Assembly (NCBI GenBank): GCA_031400145.1
Contig: JANNPM010000474.1
Location: forward strand, 1 to 42,133
DNA: 42,133 nucleotides
DNA from: Chryseolinea sp.
GTDB lineage: Bacteria; Bacteroidota; Bacteroidia; Cytophagales; Cyclobacteriaceae
Direction of reading: 5' to 3'
Position numbers and translations under genes: made by a program. The notes beneath the pieces are model-generated. The model did not search any database. It was not told where the DNA came from and saw nothing but the letters and a program-made list of their open reading frames with translations. Below, piece by piece: positions 18,727 to 29,119 of the stretch. Every line of letters begins with the position of its first letter. Within the stretch, counting starts at the first letter, position 1.

Positions 18727-21219
18727 ATGGCAGAAGAGAGTGGTAACCTACCCCCCGCAAGGCAGAATATAATTCCTATTAATATTGAAGATGAAATGCG
18801 CGGAGCATACATCGACTATTCGATGTCCGTCATTATCTCCCGCGCATTGCCAGACGTCAGAGACGGACTTAAGCCCGTTCACCGGAGGGTGCTCTTCGGC
18901 ATGCAAGAACTGGGAGTAAATTACAACAAGGCCTATAAAAAGTCAGCCAGGATTGTCGGGGAAGTATTGGGTAAGTATCACCCACATGGAGATTCTTCAG
19001 TGTATGATACGATGGTCCGAATGGCACAGGATTGGTCATTGAGATATACACTCGTCGATGGCCAGGGAAACTTCGGAAGCATTGACGGTGACTTCCCGGC
19101 AGCGATGCGATATACCGAAGCCCGGTTAAAGCGCATTGCGGAGGAGTTGCTTGCGGACATCAATAAAGATACGGTTGACTTTCAACCCAACTTCGATGAC
19201 TCTCTCACCGAGCCTACCGTACTGCCCGGCAAACTTCCTAATCTTCTCATTAACGGATCGTCAGGCATCGCAGTAGGAATGGCAACCAATATGGCGCCCC
19301 ATAACCTGACAGAGATACTGAATGGCATCGTGGCCTACATCGACAACAACGATATCACCATCCCTGAGCTGATGAAGCACATCACTGCGCCAGATTTCCC
19401 AACAGGTGGATTGATCTATGGGCACTCCGGGATACAGGAAGCTTTCATGACCGGAAGAGGGCGCATTGTAGTGCGCGCGAAAGCTGAAATTGTCACGTCC
19501 GCGACTGGCAAGGACCAGATCATTGTAACAGAGATCCCCTATATGGTCAATAAAGCGCTGATGATTGAAAAGACAGCTGCCCTGATCAACGAAAAGAAAA
19601 TTGAAGGAATTTCTGACCTCCGTGACGAATCTGACCGCGACGGATACCGGGTTGTATACGACCTCAAAAAGGACAGTATTCCCAATATCGTGCTGAACAA
19701 TCTTTTTAAATACACGCAGCTTCAGTCAGCATTTAACGTCAACAACGTCGCTCTGGTGAAAGGAAGACCGCTTACGCTAAACCTGAAGGATCTCGTTAGG
19801 TATTATGTGGAGCATCGCCATGAAGTGGTTATCCGCAGGGCAAAGTTTGAATTGGCAGAAGCAGAAAAGCGTGCGCATATACTGGAAGGGTATCTAATCG
19901 CTTTGGATAACCTGGACGAGTTGATCGCGCTGATCCGTAATTCAAAGGATCCGGAAATCGCAAAAGAGGCATTGATCACCCGCTTTATACTTTCCGACGT
20001 CCAGGCAAAGGCAATTCTAGATATGCGTCTCCAGCGGCTCACCGGACTTGAGCGTGATAAAATCCTCCAGGAATACCAGGAGGTAAAGGAACTGATCGGT
20101 AAGCTCCAGCACATATTGGCAAATGAGCCGATCCGTATGCAAATTATCAAAGACGAGCTTAAGGAACTTCTGGACCGGTACGGCGACGAACGCCGAACAC
20201 TGGTTGTACATAACGAAGACGATATCTCATACGAGGACATGATCCCTAATGAGGATATGCTCATCACGATATCGAACCAGGGGTATATCAAGAGGACTTC
20301 GCTGTCAGAATACAGGACGCAGGGCCGCGGGGGTGTGGGATCCAGAGGCGTTGCTACCAAAGAAGATGATTTTACAGAGCATCTCTTCGTAGCGCAAGCA
20401 CATAACTATCTGCTTATTTTTACGGACCAGGGCAAAGTTTACTGGAAAAAGGTATATGAAATTCCGGAGGGCACGAAGACTTCGAAGGGCCGGGCAATTC
20501 AAAACCTTATCAACATTGAACCCGGCGATACCGTCCGCGCATTCATTAACGTAAAAAATCTGACCGATGAAAATTACATCAACAATAATTTTGTAATTCT
20601 ATGCACCCAGAAAGGAACCATTAAAAAGACATCGCTTGAAGCATACTCAAGGCCGCGCCAGGGGGGCATCACGTCAGTTTCGATCCACGAAGGCGACCGA
20701 TTGCTGAACGCTTCATTGACAAACGGTAGTAATCACATTATCATTGCAAAAAGTGAAGGGAAGGCCGTTCACTTCAACGAACAGGACGTGCGACCCCTGG
20801 GTCGCACGGCTGCCGGTGTTCGCGCCGTGACGCTTGAATCGGAAAGCGATAAGGTAATAGGCATGGTGTGCGTAAATCGCGAGGATGCTAACTTGCTGGT
20901 GGTATCTGAAAATGGTTACGGTAAACGATCCCTGATTAATGATTACCGGATTACTAAAAGAGGCGGTAAAGGCGTGAAGACGCTGAATATTACTGAAAAA
21001 ACTGGCAAGCTTGTTGCCATCAAGCAAGTTGTCGATGACGACGAATTGATGATCATCAACAGGTCGGGCATAACCATCAGGATCAAAGTCAGTGAGCTTA
21101 GGATCATGGGACGCGCAACACAAGGGGTCCGGCTGATCAAGTTAAATGACGATGACCGTATTTCTTCCGTAGAGAAAATTCAGAAGATTGATAAAATCGA
21201 TGACGTACCAACAATTTAA
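18727..21219 (+). CDS. gyrA: DNA gyrase subunit A
   Basis: [24 protein letters not shown], catalytic AAMRYTE, GyrA box QGRGGVG, C-terminal beta-pinwheel repeats. Confidence 0.99.
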   Translation: MAEESGNLPPARQNIIPINIEDEMRGAYIDYSMSVIISRALPDVRDGLKPVHRRVLFGMQELGVNYNKAYKKSARIVGEVLGKYHPHGDSSVYDTMVRMAQDWSLRYTLVDGQGNFGSIDGDFPAAMRYTEARLKRIAEELLADINKDTVDFQPNFDDSLTEPTVLPGKLPNLLINGSSGIAVGMATNMAPHNLTEILNGIVAYIDNNDITIPELMKHITAPDFPTGGLIYGHSGIQEAFMTGRGRIVVRAKAEIVTSATGKDQIIVTEIPYMVNKALMIEKTAALINEKKIEGISDLRDESDRDGYRVVYDLKKDSIPNIVLNNLFKYTQLQSAFNVNNVALVKGRPLTLNLKDLVRYYVEHRHEVVIRRAKFELAEAEKRAHILEGYLIALDNLDELIALIRNSKDPEIAKEALITRFILSDVQAKAILDMRLQRLTGLERDKILQEYQEVKELIGKLQHILANEPIRMQIIKDELKELLDRYGDERRTLVVHNEDDISYEDMIPNEDMLITISNQGYIKRTSLSEYRTQGRGGVGSRGVATKEDDFTEHLFVAQAHNYLLIFTDQGKVYWKKVYEIPEGTKTSKGRAIQNLINIEPGDTVRAFINVKNLTDENYINNNFVILCTQKGTIKKTSLEAYSRPRQGGITSVSIHEGDRLLNASLTNGSNHIIIAKSEGKAVHFNEQDVRPLGRTAAGVRAVTLESESDKVIGMVCVNREDANLLVVSENGYGKRSLINDYRITKRGGKGVKTLNITEKTGKLVAIKQVVDDDELMIINRSGITIRIKVSELRIMGRATQGVRLIKLNDDDRISSVEKIQKIDKIDDVPTI

Positions 21220-21243
21220 TCCAAATACCATAAACTTAATAAA

Positions 21244-22428
21244 ATGAAAAGATTAACACTCTCTCTGTTATTGTTAGCGACAGTTGCTGCCTATGCGCAG
21301 AAGGCTGTAAAGCCTAATCTTAACAAGGCATTGCAGCTATGGACCGAGGGAAAACTAGATGAGGCCAAAACTATGATCGATGCGGCAACGACGTATGAAA
21401 AAACGATGAACGATGGAAAGACGTGGTATTACAAGGGTCTCATTTACGCTTCTTTGGATACCACCTCCAATGAGACTTTTAAAACCCTCGCTCCGGATGC
21501 CTTCCAGGTGGCGCTTGAATCGTTCAAGAAAGGAGATGAGATGAACAAAGGAAAGGAACACTTCACGCAAGACGCGACTGGAATGCCTATCCTGAAATCC
21601 CAACAGATTGCGTACTGGCACGGAATGTACGTAAACAAAGGAGCCAATGCATACCAGGAAGAGAACCTTGAAGATGCCTTAAAGAACTTTGAAAAAGCCC
21701 AAAAGATATTGCCAAATGATACGCTCGGCTATTTTTACGCGGGGTTTGTGGCGAACGGCATGGAAAATTATGATAAGGCCATTGAATCGTTTCAGAAATA
21801 TATTGATCTCGGCGGTAAATCTGTTGATGCTTATCTGAGCATCATAAACATCTACAGCGATCCAAAGGAAAACAAAGAAGAAGCTTTAAAAGTGCTGCGC
21901 GCAGCAAAGCCAAAATTCCCGAATGATCCGCAGCTCCCGAAGGTAGAAATTGGTTTGCTAATCGATTTAAAAAGAATCGACGAGGCAAAAACCGGACTGG
22001 AGAATGCGATCAAAGCGGAACCTGGCAACAAGATCCTTCACTTCTATCTGGGTTATGCCAATGCTAACCTTGAGAAATATGACGAAGCCAAAAAGAATTA
22101 CGAAGATGCTCTTAAGGTCGACCCAAACTATTTCGAAGCCCAGCTTTACCTTTCAAAACTGATGTACAATGATGCCGCAAAGATCAAAAAGGATATGTCG
22201 ACCCTGGGAATCTCTGCTGCCGACAAGAAGAAAAAATTTGATTTGGATAAGGTGCTCGTGGAAAAGCTAAAGGTAGCACAGCCATATTGGGAGAAGGCGG
22301 AAAAAATCAATCCCAAAGATCAGGAAGTTACCGACGTGTTGTTCTCCATTTATCAGGACCTCGGCAATGACCCTGGCATGCAACGACTTGTTAAAAAGAA
22401 TAAGGAACAGGGTGTAGAAGATAATTGA
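21244..22428 (+). CDS. Secreted tetratricopeptide repeat protein
   Basis: Signal peptide AYA-Q and multiple TPR motifs; directly downstream of gyrA. Confidence 0.9.
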   Translation: MKRLTLSLLLLATVAAYAQKAVKPNLNKALQLWTEGKLDEAKTMIDAATTYEKTMNDGKTWYYKGLIYASLDTTSNETFKTLAPDAFQVALESFKKGDEMNKGKEHFTQDATGMPILKSQQIAYWHGMYVNKGANAYQEENLEDALKNFEKAQKILPNDTLGYFYAGFVANGMENYDKAIESFQKYIDLGGKSVDAYLSIINIYSDPKENKEEALKVLRAAKPKFPNDPQLPKVEIGLLIDLKRIDEAKTGLENAIKAEPGNKILHFYLGYANANLEKYDEAKKNYEDALKVDPNYFEAQLYLSKLMYNDAAKIKKDMSTLGISAADKKKKFDLDKVLVEKLKVAQPYWEKAEKINPKDQEVTDVLFSIYQDLGNDPGMQRLVKKNKEQGVEDN

Positions 22429-22605
22429 TCAGTAGTCATGCCGTTAAAAGCCATGTTTCCGCTGTCAATTTTGATCCCTGGATAATTATTGATAGCTTGA
22501 ATAGTTAAATTACGAAGTAATCTCAGCAATTGTGCAAACGGACCATTGAATGTAGTCCCCGAAAAATCTTCCCTGACACGGGCCGGGAGTTGAAGATTAT
22601 CTAAC

Positions 22606-24447
22606 ATGGCTGGTAAGAAAAGCATAAAGCAAGTCGTCGGAAAGCTTTTTTCCCGTTGGTATATCTATTTGATCACGCTTTTCATTACACTTCCTCTTGC
22701 CTTTATTTATCTGAGAATGGCGCCTGAGCAGTATGAGGTAAAAGCTTCTATATTACTTCTTGGTGAAATGGCGTCCGGCGTGGATACAGAGCACATGATG
22801 AAAGAGGCCAAAGACCGTAAAATTCATGCGGGGATAGTCGATCAGATCGGAATCCTGCGTTCTTACTCGATGGTCGAACGGGCAGTCAGCAACCTTAACT
22901 TCGGCGTATCGTATTTTACAATGAAGGGATACCTTTCTCATGAAAGTTATGATGATTCTCCGTTTGAGATTACAATTGACTCTACAGTCAGTCAGGCTGT
23001 GGAAATTCCGGTGGAAATCAGACGCATATCGTCAACGCGTTATCACGTCAAAGCATCGGGCAAGTCAGTCAAGATCTACAATTACATTACAAACCAGGTG
23101 GATACCACCGTCAATGATCTTAATATTGATGAAGAGATCCCCCTTGATAAGCCTTTTGTTAATAAGTACTTGAGTTTCAAGGTAAAGTTCAGAGACCGAC
23201 CCAGTGCCACCGAGGCGGATCGAATGTACTTCCGGCTGCTGCGTTTACAAGCCGTGGCAGAGGAATATCAAAAGAAACTAAAGGTTGTGGCCCTTGCCGA
23301 CGATTCAAGGATCGTGGATCTCAGCGTTACGGGACCGGTACCGGCAAAGGAAAAAGCATTCTTGTCAAACCTGCTCCAAGTCTATTTGAAAAGTGAAATT
23401 GATAAGAAAAATGATCGTGCATTGACCACCATTAGGTTCATTGATAACCAACTTAACAATTCAGGAGACACATTAAGCGAACCTGTTCACAATGCACTTT
23501 TGGAGAAAAGGGTTGAAGCGAGGATTTCCATTTCCTCGAATCTGGTCGGCAACACGGTAATTGACAAACCATACCTGACCAATGGCGGAGATCCATATTC
23601 GCCGAATGAAAGAGATGTTTACGTGCTCGCGTTGATCGTGGGATTGGGGACTGCCGTAGGCTTTATTCTTTTGAAGGACTTTCTTAATGATAATATTATA
23701 TCCGCCGAGGATGTTGAACGCAATACCAAAATTCCCTTTATCGGAACCATTAGTCATGCGAATAAGAGGGAACAAAATTCTATTGTTTCTCATACAAGGT
23801 CACCTGTGGGTGAGTCGTTTCGTTCGCTCCGCGTGAACCTTCAGTACCTGACGCTCGGTGCAAACGCCCATGTTATTGGAATCACATCTTCCCGCGAAAG
23901 CGAGGGTAAGACGTTTTGTGCTGTTAACCTGGCCGCCGTTATGGCATATTCAGGAAGAAGGACCGTGCTCATTGATACTGATATGAGACGGCCGAGGGTA
24001 GCCTCTTACTTTCAATTGGAGAACCGGAAAGGGTTGTCGAACTTTCTCGTAGGGGATTGTTCATTTAAAGAGATCCTTAATAACACGGAACACAAAGGGT
24101 TTGATGTTATTGGGTCGGGACCGATTCCCCCGAATCCCGTGGACCTTATCGGCAATCCGCGGATGGAAGAGTTGATCACTACACTGAAGCAGACATACAG
24201 TACTATAATTCTGGATTCCCCTCCAATGGGTTACGTTTCAGAATACATTATTTTGATGAAATACACGGAAGCTAATCTTTATATCGTAAGGTCAGATTAT
24301 ACAAATAAGAATAGTCTGAAAAAAATAAACAATCTATTCGAGCGCGAAAAGCTCACTAATTTCAGCATCCTGCTTAACGATGTAAAATCGTCCAAGGCGT
24401 CAAACAATTATTACGCGTACGGCTATGGATACGGATACAAATATTGA
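22606..24447 (+). CDS. wzc: Polysaccharide co-polymerase / tyrosine autokinase (Wzc-like), internally shortened
   Basis: Two TM segments; ESFRSLRVNL, Walker A SEGKT, IDTDMRRP, GPIPPNP, ILDSPP; terminal tyrosine cluster YYAYGYGYGYKY. Confidence 0.92.
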   Translation: MAGKKSIKQVVGKLFSRWYIYLITLFITLPLAFIYLRMAPEQYEVKASILLLGEMASGVDTEHMMKEAKDRKIHAGIVDQIGILRSYSMVERAVSNLNFGVSYFTMKGYLSHESYDDSPFEITIDSTVSQAVEIPVEIRRISSTRYHVKASGKSVKIYNYITNQVDTTVNDLNIDEEIPLDKPFVNKYLSFKVKFRDRPSATEADRMYFRLLRLQAVAEEYQKKLKVVALADDSRIVDLSVTGPVPAKEKAFLSNLLQVYLKSEIDKKNDRALTTIRFIDNQLNNSGDTLSEPVHNALLEKRVEARISISSNLVGNTVIDKPYLTNGGDPYSPNERDVYVLALIVGLGTAVGFILLKDFLNDNIISAEDVERNTKIPFIGTISHANKREQNSIVSHTRSPVGESFRSLRVNLQYLTLGANAHVIGITSSRESEGKTFCAVNLAAVMAYSGRRTVLIDTDMRRPRVASYFQLENRKGLSNFLVGDCSFKEILNNTEHKGFDVIGSGPIPPNPVDLIGNPRMEELITTLKQTYSTIILDSPPMGYVSEYIILMKYTEANLYIVRSDYTNKNSLKKINNLFEREKLTNFSILLNDVKSSKASNNYYAYGYGYGYKY

Positions 24448-24449
24448 AT

Positions 24450-24609
24450 AGCTGTAAGCTTCAAGCTGCAACCTTGTGCGTAGCTGCTGAACATGCTTGA
24501 AGTGACTTAACAGAAGACATTTGCCGCTCAGCAAGTTCTTTGAACACCGCTATTATTACAAACGTTGCAGACGCACACGCTTTCAGCTTGAAACTTGTCG
24601 CTTGAAGCT
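24450..24609. repeat. Inverted arrays of degenerate heptamers between convergent genes
   Basis: AGCTGTA AGCTTCA AGCTGCA at 24450-24470 and TTCAGCT TGAAACT TGTCGCT TGAAGCT at 24582-24609 (reverse-complement orientation). Confidence 0.55.
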
Positions 24610-24619
24610 TCTGTTTCAG

Positions 24620-26014
24620 CTATTCCGCCTGCGTGTAAATCCACACTTCCTTAAGAGGGTTTTTCCAGCGAAATTGATTCCTCACCTTCCTGGCTTCATT
24701 TAAGTCGCGGGTGGAGATAAGGTAGGTATAATATAGGTTGTTCTTTGGATTAAGCGCCACGTTTACGATATAACCCTTTACCATCAACTCTCTGGCGAAG
24801 TTTATTGAATGACTCAAACCCTTAAATACTCCGACCACCACATACGTCCGACCGGTTGTGAGCGTAAACGATTCGCTCTTCTTGGGGTAAGCGACTCCAG
24901 GTGAAACACTATTTGCCGTCCCGTTGTCCGTTGTAGGATCGATCTCAATGATCTCAAATATCTCCTCATAATTGGTTTCGGGTGACACCATCCTCGCCGA
25001 TCTCCTGGAACCAGGACGCTCATTAGAACCTTTGGAATCGCTCTTTACTGATGGTGTCTCATTCGCCATCGGCAACCTCGGTCTGGACCGGGCCTTCGTT
25101 ATAAGTTTGGTCCTCTTATTAGTACTACCAAACTTAATTCCCAGATGCACTTCGTGTGAACTTGCCGAAATGGCGGACTCAAATGGAGGGAATTCGTAGC
25201 TGTAACTCAAACTGAATTTGCTTTTTAAATTAACACCCATGAATAACGCCAGCCCATTATTTTGATTAAAGCTTCCGCCGGTCCAAAAATCATTCTTGAA
25301 ATATGCCATCGCTGCTGCTTCCCATGAATTTTGTACTCCGTCTTCAGTTTGGCGGTAAAGGAAATACGGTTCAATAGCAATGTTTTCGCTATTGGGTAGC
25401 GTCCACTTATAGCTCAACGAGTACAACCGGTTCTTAAGGTTGGAAAATTTGAATTCGTTCAGCGATAAGGAATTAAAGGCATTGGATTTGAAAAGATCTG
25501 TGAAGGTAAATCCAATGCGTAATCTACCCAGCACATACAAGATGCCCGCGTTTCCGTTAACAAAGAAAGTATTTGACGTAAGATTCATGATGGCTGGGTC
25601 AATGTTGTTCATTTCATCGGCGTTCAAGTCAATCTTGTTCATTCCGACTCCTCCTGAAATACCGAATCGCAACGATTGATCTACATTAATTGGAACGAGG
25701 TATCCAAAAGTGACCATGAGGGAGGAACTGCGCAATAAGATCTGCCTGTCCGAAGAATAGCTGAAGCCAAGTGATACACGGTCGCTGGAGGGAAATTGCA
25801 GGCTAAAGCCGGCGCTTCGTGGGGCATCCTTGAAATTTGACCATTGTTGCCTGTAGCCAACACTGGCTTCCATAGCGTTGTTGCTTGCAACATACGCAGG
25901 ATTGAACAAATAGGGATTTACAGAAAATTGTTTATAAAATGTGGTGGAGTGCTGTGCGTTCAACCTCAATAGAATAGCAAAAAAAAACAAAGAGAGGGTA
26001 AAAGTTTTCTTCAT
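24620..26014 (-). CDS. PorP/SprF family type IX secretion membrane protein with C-terminal SPOR-like domain
   Basis: NPYLFNPAY, GYRQQWSNFKDAP, YSYEFP and HEVHLGIKF barrel motifs; then a linker and YVVVGVF...EVWI domain; start at ATG 26014 gives a signal peptide. Confidence 0.88.
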   Translation of the reverse strand: MKKTFTLSLFFFAILLRLNAQHSTTFYKQFSVNPYLFNPAYVASNNAMEASVGYRQQWSNFKDAPRSAGFSLQFPSSDRVSLGFSYSSDRQILLRSSSLMVTFGYLVPINVDQSLRFGISGGVGMNKIDLNADEMNNIDPAIMNLTSNTFFVNGNAGILYVLGRLRIGFTFTDLFKSNAFNSLSLNEFKFSNLKNRLYSLSYKWTLPNSENIAIEPYFLYRQTEDGVQNSWEAAAMAYFKNDFWTGGSFNQNNGLALFMGVNLKSKFSLSYSYEFPPFESAISASSHEVHLGIKFGSTNKRTKLITKARSRPRLPMANETPSVKSDSKGSNERPGSRRSARMVSPETNYEEIFEIIEIDPTTDNGTANSVSPGVAYPKKSESFTLTTGRTYVVVGVFKGLSHSINFARELMVKGYIVNVALNPKNNLYYTYLISTRDLNEARKVRNQFRWKNPLKEVWIYTQAE

Positions 26015-26507
26015 GACGATTGACAATGCTGGATAGGGCATTGGAAACTCCAGGGGTGTGGTTAGGATGGTTTGTTAAACTGCGATCAGAGTCGCAGTAG
26101 GGGACGGGCTGATAATAGAGTTGGAGCATTCTCATAGTATGTGCCAGTCGGGGGACGTATACAAGCAATTTTTTTGAGTTGTCACTGGCGAAAGTAAATA
26201 GTTGAAATCATACTAGCATTAAATGCCGGTAGTTTCATGTGCGGGATTCAATGGGAACGATTGTTATGCCAATGAATTACTTGAGCGCCCGTTGAACGGT
26301 CGTTTACCAATGTTCATGGGTGCCTTGTCGGGCGCCATTCACTGACGCTGGCCCTGTTTATCATGAAATAGTTGCTGCAAAGTTATCTAAATGCAAAGTG
26401 GTAACCGCGGTAGAAATTGGCGTTAAACCCCTGAAATAATCTAGCACCTGTGAAGAAATTTTCTCATCAAACGATGTAAATGGTTTGATTGCGGGTTTTC
26501 GTTATTT

Positions 26508-26543
26508 ATGATTTCAATCTGCGAAAAGAATGATTTCAATCAC
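26508..26543 (+). promoter_or_regulatory. Tandem Crp/Fnr-like boxes upstream of the CDP-sugar operon
   Basis: ATGATTTCAATC repeated at 26508 and 26530 (22 bp apart); the second copy is a perfect TGAT-N4-ATCA. Confidence 0.6.
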
Positions 26544-26647
26544 AACCGAGCGCGTTTTAAATGCCCTTTTTTGCACAATTACAGACTAAGGAAAAGCATG
26601 ATTATATAAATAACCAGGCAAAATAAAATAACTAGGACAAAACGAAT

Positions 26648-27427
26648 ATGAAAGCAGTAATTTTTGCAGGTGGCTTTGGAACGAGAATCAGCGAAGAAAG
26701 CGGTGTTCGGCCAAAACCCATGGTAGAGATCGGTAGTAAGCCAGTGCTTTGGCACATCTTAAAGATCTACTCTCACTATGGTATTAATGATTTTATTATC
26801 TGTTGTGGTTATAAGTCGTATGTGATCAAAGAATACTTCTCTAACTATTTTCTTCACACCGCCAACGTCACTTTCGATCTTAAGAATAACAAGATGGAAG
26901 TACATAATGCATTTGCCGAACCGTGGAAAATAACCCTCGTAGAAACGGGAGTCGAAACAATGACCGGAGGCCGGCTAAAGCGCGTCAAGGATTTCATCGG
27001 CAGCGAAACATTCTGTCTGACTTACGGAGACGGCGTAAGTGACATTGATATCAGGAAGCTAATCGACTTTCATAAAAAGCAGGGCACGGCTGCAACGCTA
27101 ACGGCCGTGCAACAGCCCGGCCGTTTCGGCGCTTTCACCTTAGGTCAGGAAGACGTCAAGATCAATCATTTCCAGGAGAAGCCTCTTACTGGCGAAACAC
27201 CATGGATCAATGGAGGATATTTTGTCTGTGAACCTTCTGTGCTGGATCTTATCGAAAATGACCAAACCACCTGGGAGCGGGAACCTCTGGAAATGCTAGC
27301 CTCATCCGGAAATCTTTCTGCGTATAAGCACGCCGGCTTCTGGCAGGCAATGGATACCCTCCGGGACAAAAACTATCTGGAGGAGCTATGGAAGTCAGGA
27401 AAAGCCCCTTGGAAGCTCTGGAAATGA
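26648..27427 (+). CDS. rfbF: Glucose-1-phosphate cytidylyltransferase
   Basis: [53 protein letters not shown] and APWK. Confidence 0.97.
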   Translation: MKAVIFAGGFGTRISEESGVRPKPMVEIGSKPVLWHILKIYSHYGINDFIICCGYKSYVIKEYFSNYFLHTANVTFDLKNNKMEVHNAFAEPWKITLVETGVETMTGGRLKRVKDFIGSETFCLTYGDGVSDIDIRKLIDFHKKQGTAATLTAVQQPGRFGAFTLGQEDVKINHFQEKPLTGETPWINGGYFVCEPSVLDLIENDQTTWEREPLEMLASSGNLSAYKHAGFWQAMDTLRDKNYLEELWKSGKAPWKLWK

Positions 27428-27479
27428 ACTTTGTATAAAATTAACTGGGAAAAATTGCTTATACTTACGCACTGGAAAT

Positions 27480-28523
27480 ATGAAAATTGTCATTTTTGGA
27501 AATATGGGATACGTCGGTCCCGGCGTGGTATCGAGACTTAGATCGACCTATCCCGAAGCCAACATTATTGGGTACGACACAGGTTTTTTTGCCAGCTGTC
27601 TGACAGACGTTGACTATCTTCCAGAACGGAAGCTTGACCATCAATATTTTGGTGACATCAGGAATGTTCCGGATGATGTGCTGGAGGGAGCAGATGCAGT
27701 GGTAAATCTTGCTGCTATCTCTAATGACCCGATGGGGACGAAATTTGAAGAGGTAACCTTAGATGTTAATCACAAATCAGGAATCGCACTGGCGAAGCAG
27801 GCAAAGGAACTCCGCGTTAAGTCGTTCATTTTTGCATCGAGCTGCAGCATGTATGGTTCAGCAAGCGACGGTGCCAAGACTGAGGAATCTACGCTAAATC
27901 CGCTTACAGCGTATGCGCGATCAAAGGTCTTTACCGAACAGGACCTTAAACCTCTTGCCGACAAAAACTTCACAGTAACATGTCTGCGCTTTGCGACTGC
28001 CTGCGGAATGAGCCCGCGGTTACGCCTCGACCTGGTATTAAATGATTTCGTGGCTTGCGCATTATCCTCAAAACACATTACCATATTAAGTGATGGAACT
28101 CCGTGGAGGCCATTGATCAATGTCAAGGACATGGCTGTTGCAATTGACTGGGCCATAAGCCGGCCCGCATCGATTGGCAATTTCCTCGCTGTAAACACCG
28201 GTAGCGATAAGTGGAATTACCAGGTCAAGGATCTTGCGGAAGCCGTTGCCAGCGTAATACCCGGCGTTGAGGTTTCAGTGAACACTGAGGCGCCCCCGGA
28301 TAAGCGGTCGTACATGGTCAATTTTGACCTTTACAGGAAACTCGCGCCGGATCATCAGCCCCAATATGATTTAATTTCCACCATTAAAGAACTACGAGAT
28401 GGTCTGGAGGCGATGAAATTTCATGATTCAGATTTTAGAGACTCAAAACTCATGAGGCTTAAAGTACTTACTACTTTGCAGGAGAAAAAGGAACTCACCG
28501 AAAAGCTCCAGTGGCGGAAATAA
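27480..28523 (+). CDS. NAD-dependent nucleotide-sugar epimerase/dehydrogenase (extended SDR)
   Basis: GNMGYVG, NLAAISNDP, ASSCSMYG, YARSK (YxxxK) and SPRLRLDLVLN. Confidence 0.92.
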   Translation: MKIVIFGNMGYVGPGVVSRLRSTYPEANIIGYDTGFFASCLTDVDYLPERKLDHQYFGDIRNVPDDVLEGADAVVNLAAISNDPMGTKFEEVTLDVNHKSGIALAKQAKELRVKSFIFASSCSMYGSASDGAKTEESTLNPLTAYARSKVFTEQDLKPLADKNFTVTCLRFATACGMSPRLRLDLVLNDFVACALSSKHITILSDGTPWRPLINVKDMAVAIDWAISRPASIGNFLAVNTGSDKWNYQVKDLAEAVASVIPGVEVSVNTEAPPDKRSYMVNFDLYRKLAPDHQPQYDLISTIKELRDGLEAMKFHDSDFRDSKLMRLKVLTTLQEKKELTEKLQWRK

Positions 28524-28547
28524 TTAACGAACTCAACGAATAGTTGC

Positions 28548-29096
28548 ATGATTTTTACAGAAACCAAATTGAAGGGCGCATTTATCATCGACGTAAAAAA
28601 AATTGAAGATGAGCGCGGATTTTTTGGAAGAGCGTGGTGCAAAAAGGAATTTGAAGCACACGGTCTTTCATCAGATGCCGTTCAGGCGAATGTTTCCTAT
28701 AACAAAGAAAAAGGAACAATTCGCGGCATGCACTATCAGGTGGCGCCATATGCTGAAAGCAAGACGGTAAGATGCACGTCGGGCGCAATCTACGATGTGA
28801 TAATTGACATCCGTCCGGAGTCAGCAACTTATAAACAATGGATCGGCGTTGAATTAACCGGGGACAGCTTTAGGATGCTTTATGTTCCTGAAGGTTTCGC
28901 GCACGGGTTTATTACGCTTGAGGAACATACTTCAGTGCATTATATGGTCACTGCCTATTACACACCTGGAGCGGAAGCCGGCATACGGTTTGATGATCAG
29001 GCATTTAATATTGCCTGGCCTATAGCGCCCAAAGTAGTTTCTGAAAAAGATAGGGCACATCCTGCGTTTCAGGAAAAGATCCTCGTGAATAAATAG
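28548..29096 (+). CDS. rfbC: NDP-4-keto-sugar 3,5-epimerase (RmlC/RfbC family)
   Basis: DERGFFGR, GTIRGMHYQ, IYDVIIDIRPES and YVPEGFAHGF. Confidence 0.93.
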   Translation: MIFTETKLKGAFIIDVKKIEDERGFFGRAWCKKEFEAHGLSSDAVQANVSYNKEKGTIRGMHYQVAPYAESKTVRCTSGAIYDVIIDIRPESATYKQWIGVELTGDSFRMLYVPEGFAHGFITLEEHTSVHYMVTAYYTPGAEAGIRFDDQAFNIAWPIAPKVVSEKDRAHPAFQEKILVNK

Positions 29097-29119
29097 TCTC
29101 ACTAAACTAAGTAAGTTAT

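Noticed and set aside
22425-22439. Fourth Crp/Fnr box upstream of wzc (TTGATCAGTAGTCAT)
   Set aside because: Spacer is 5 nt instead of 4 and it overlaps the stop codon of the TPR gene.
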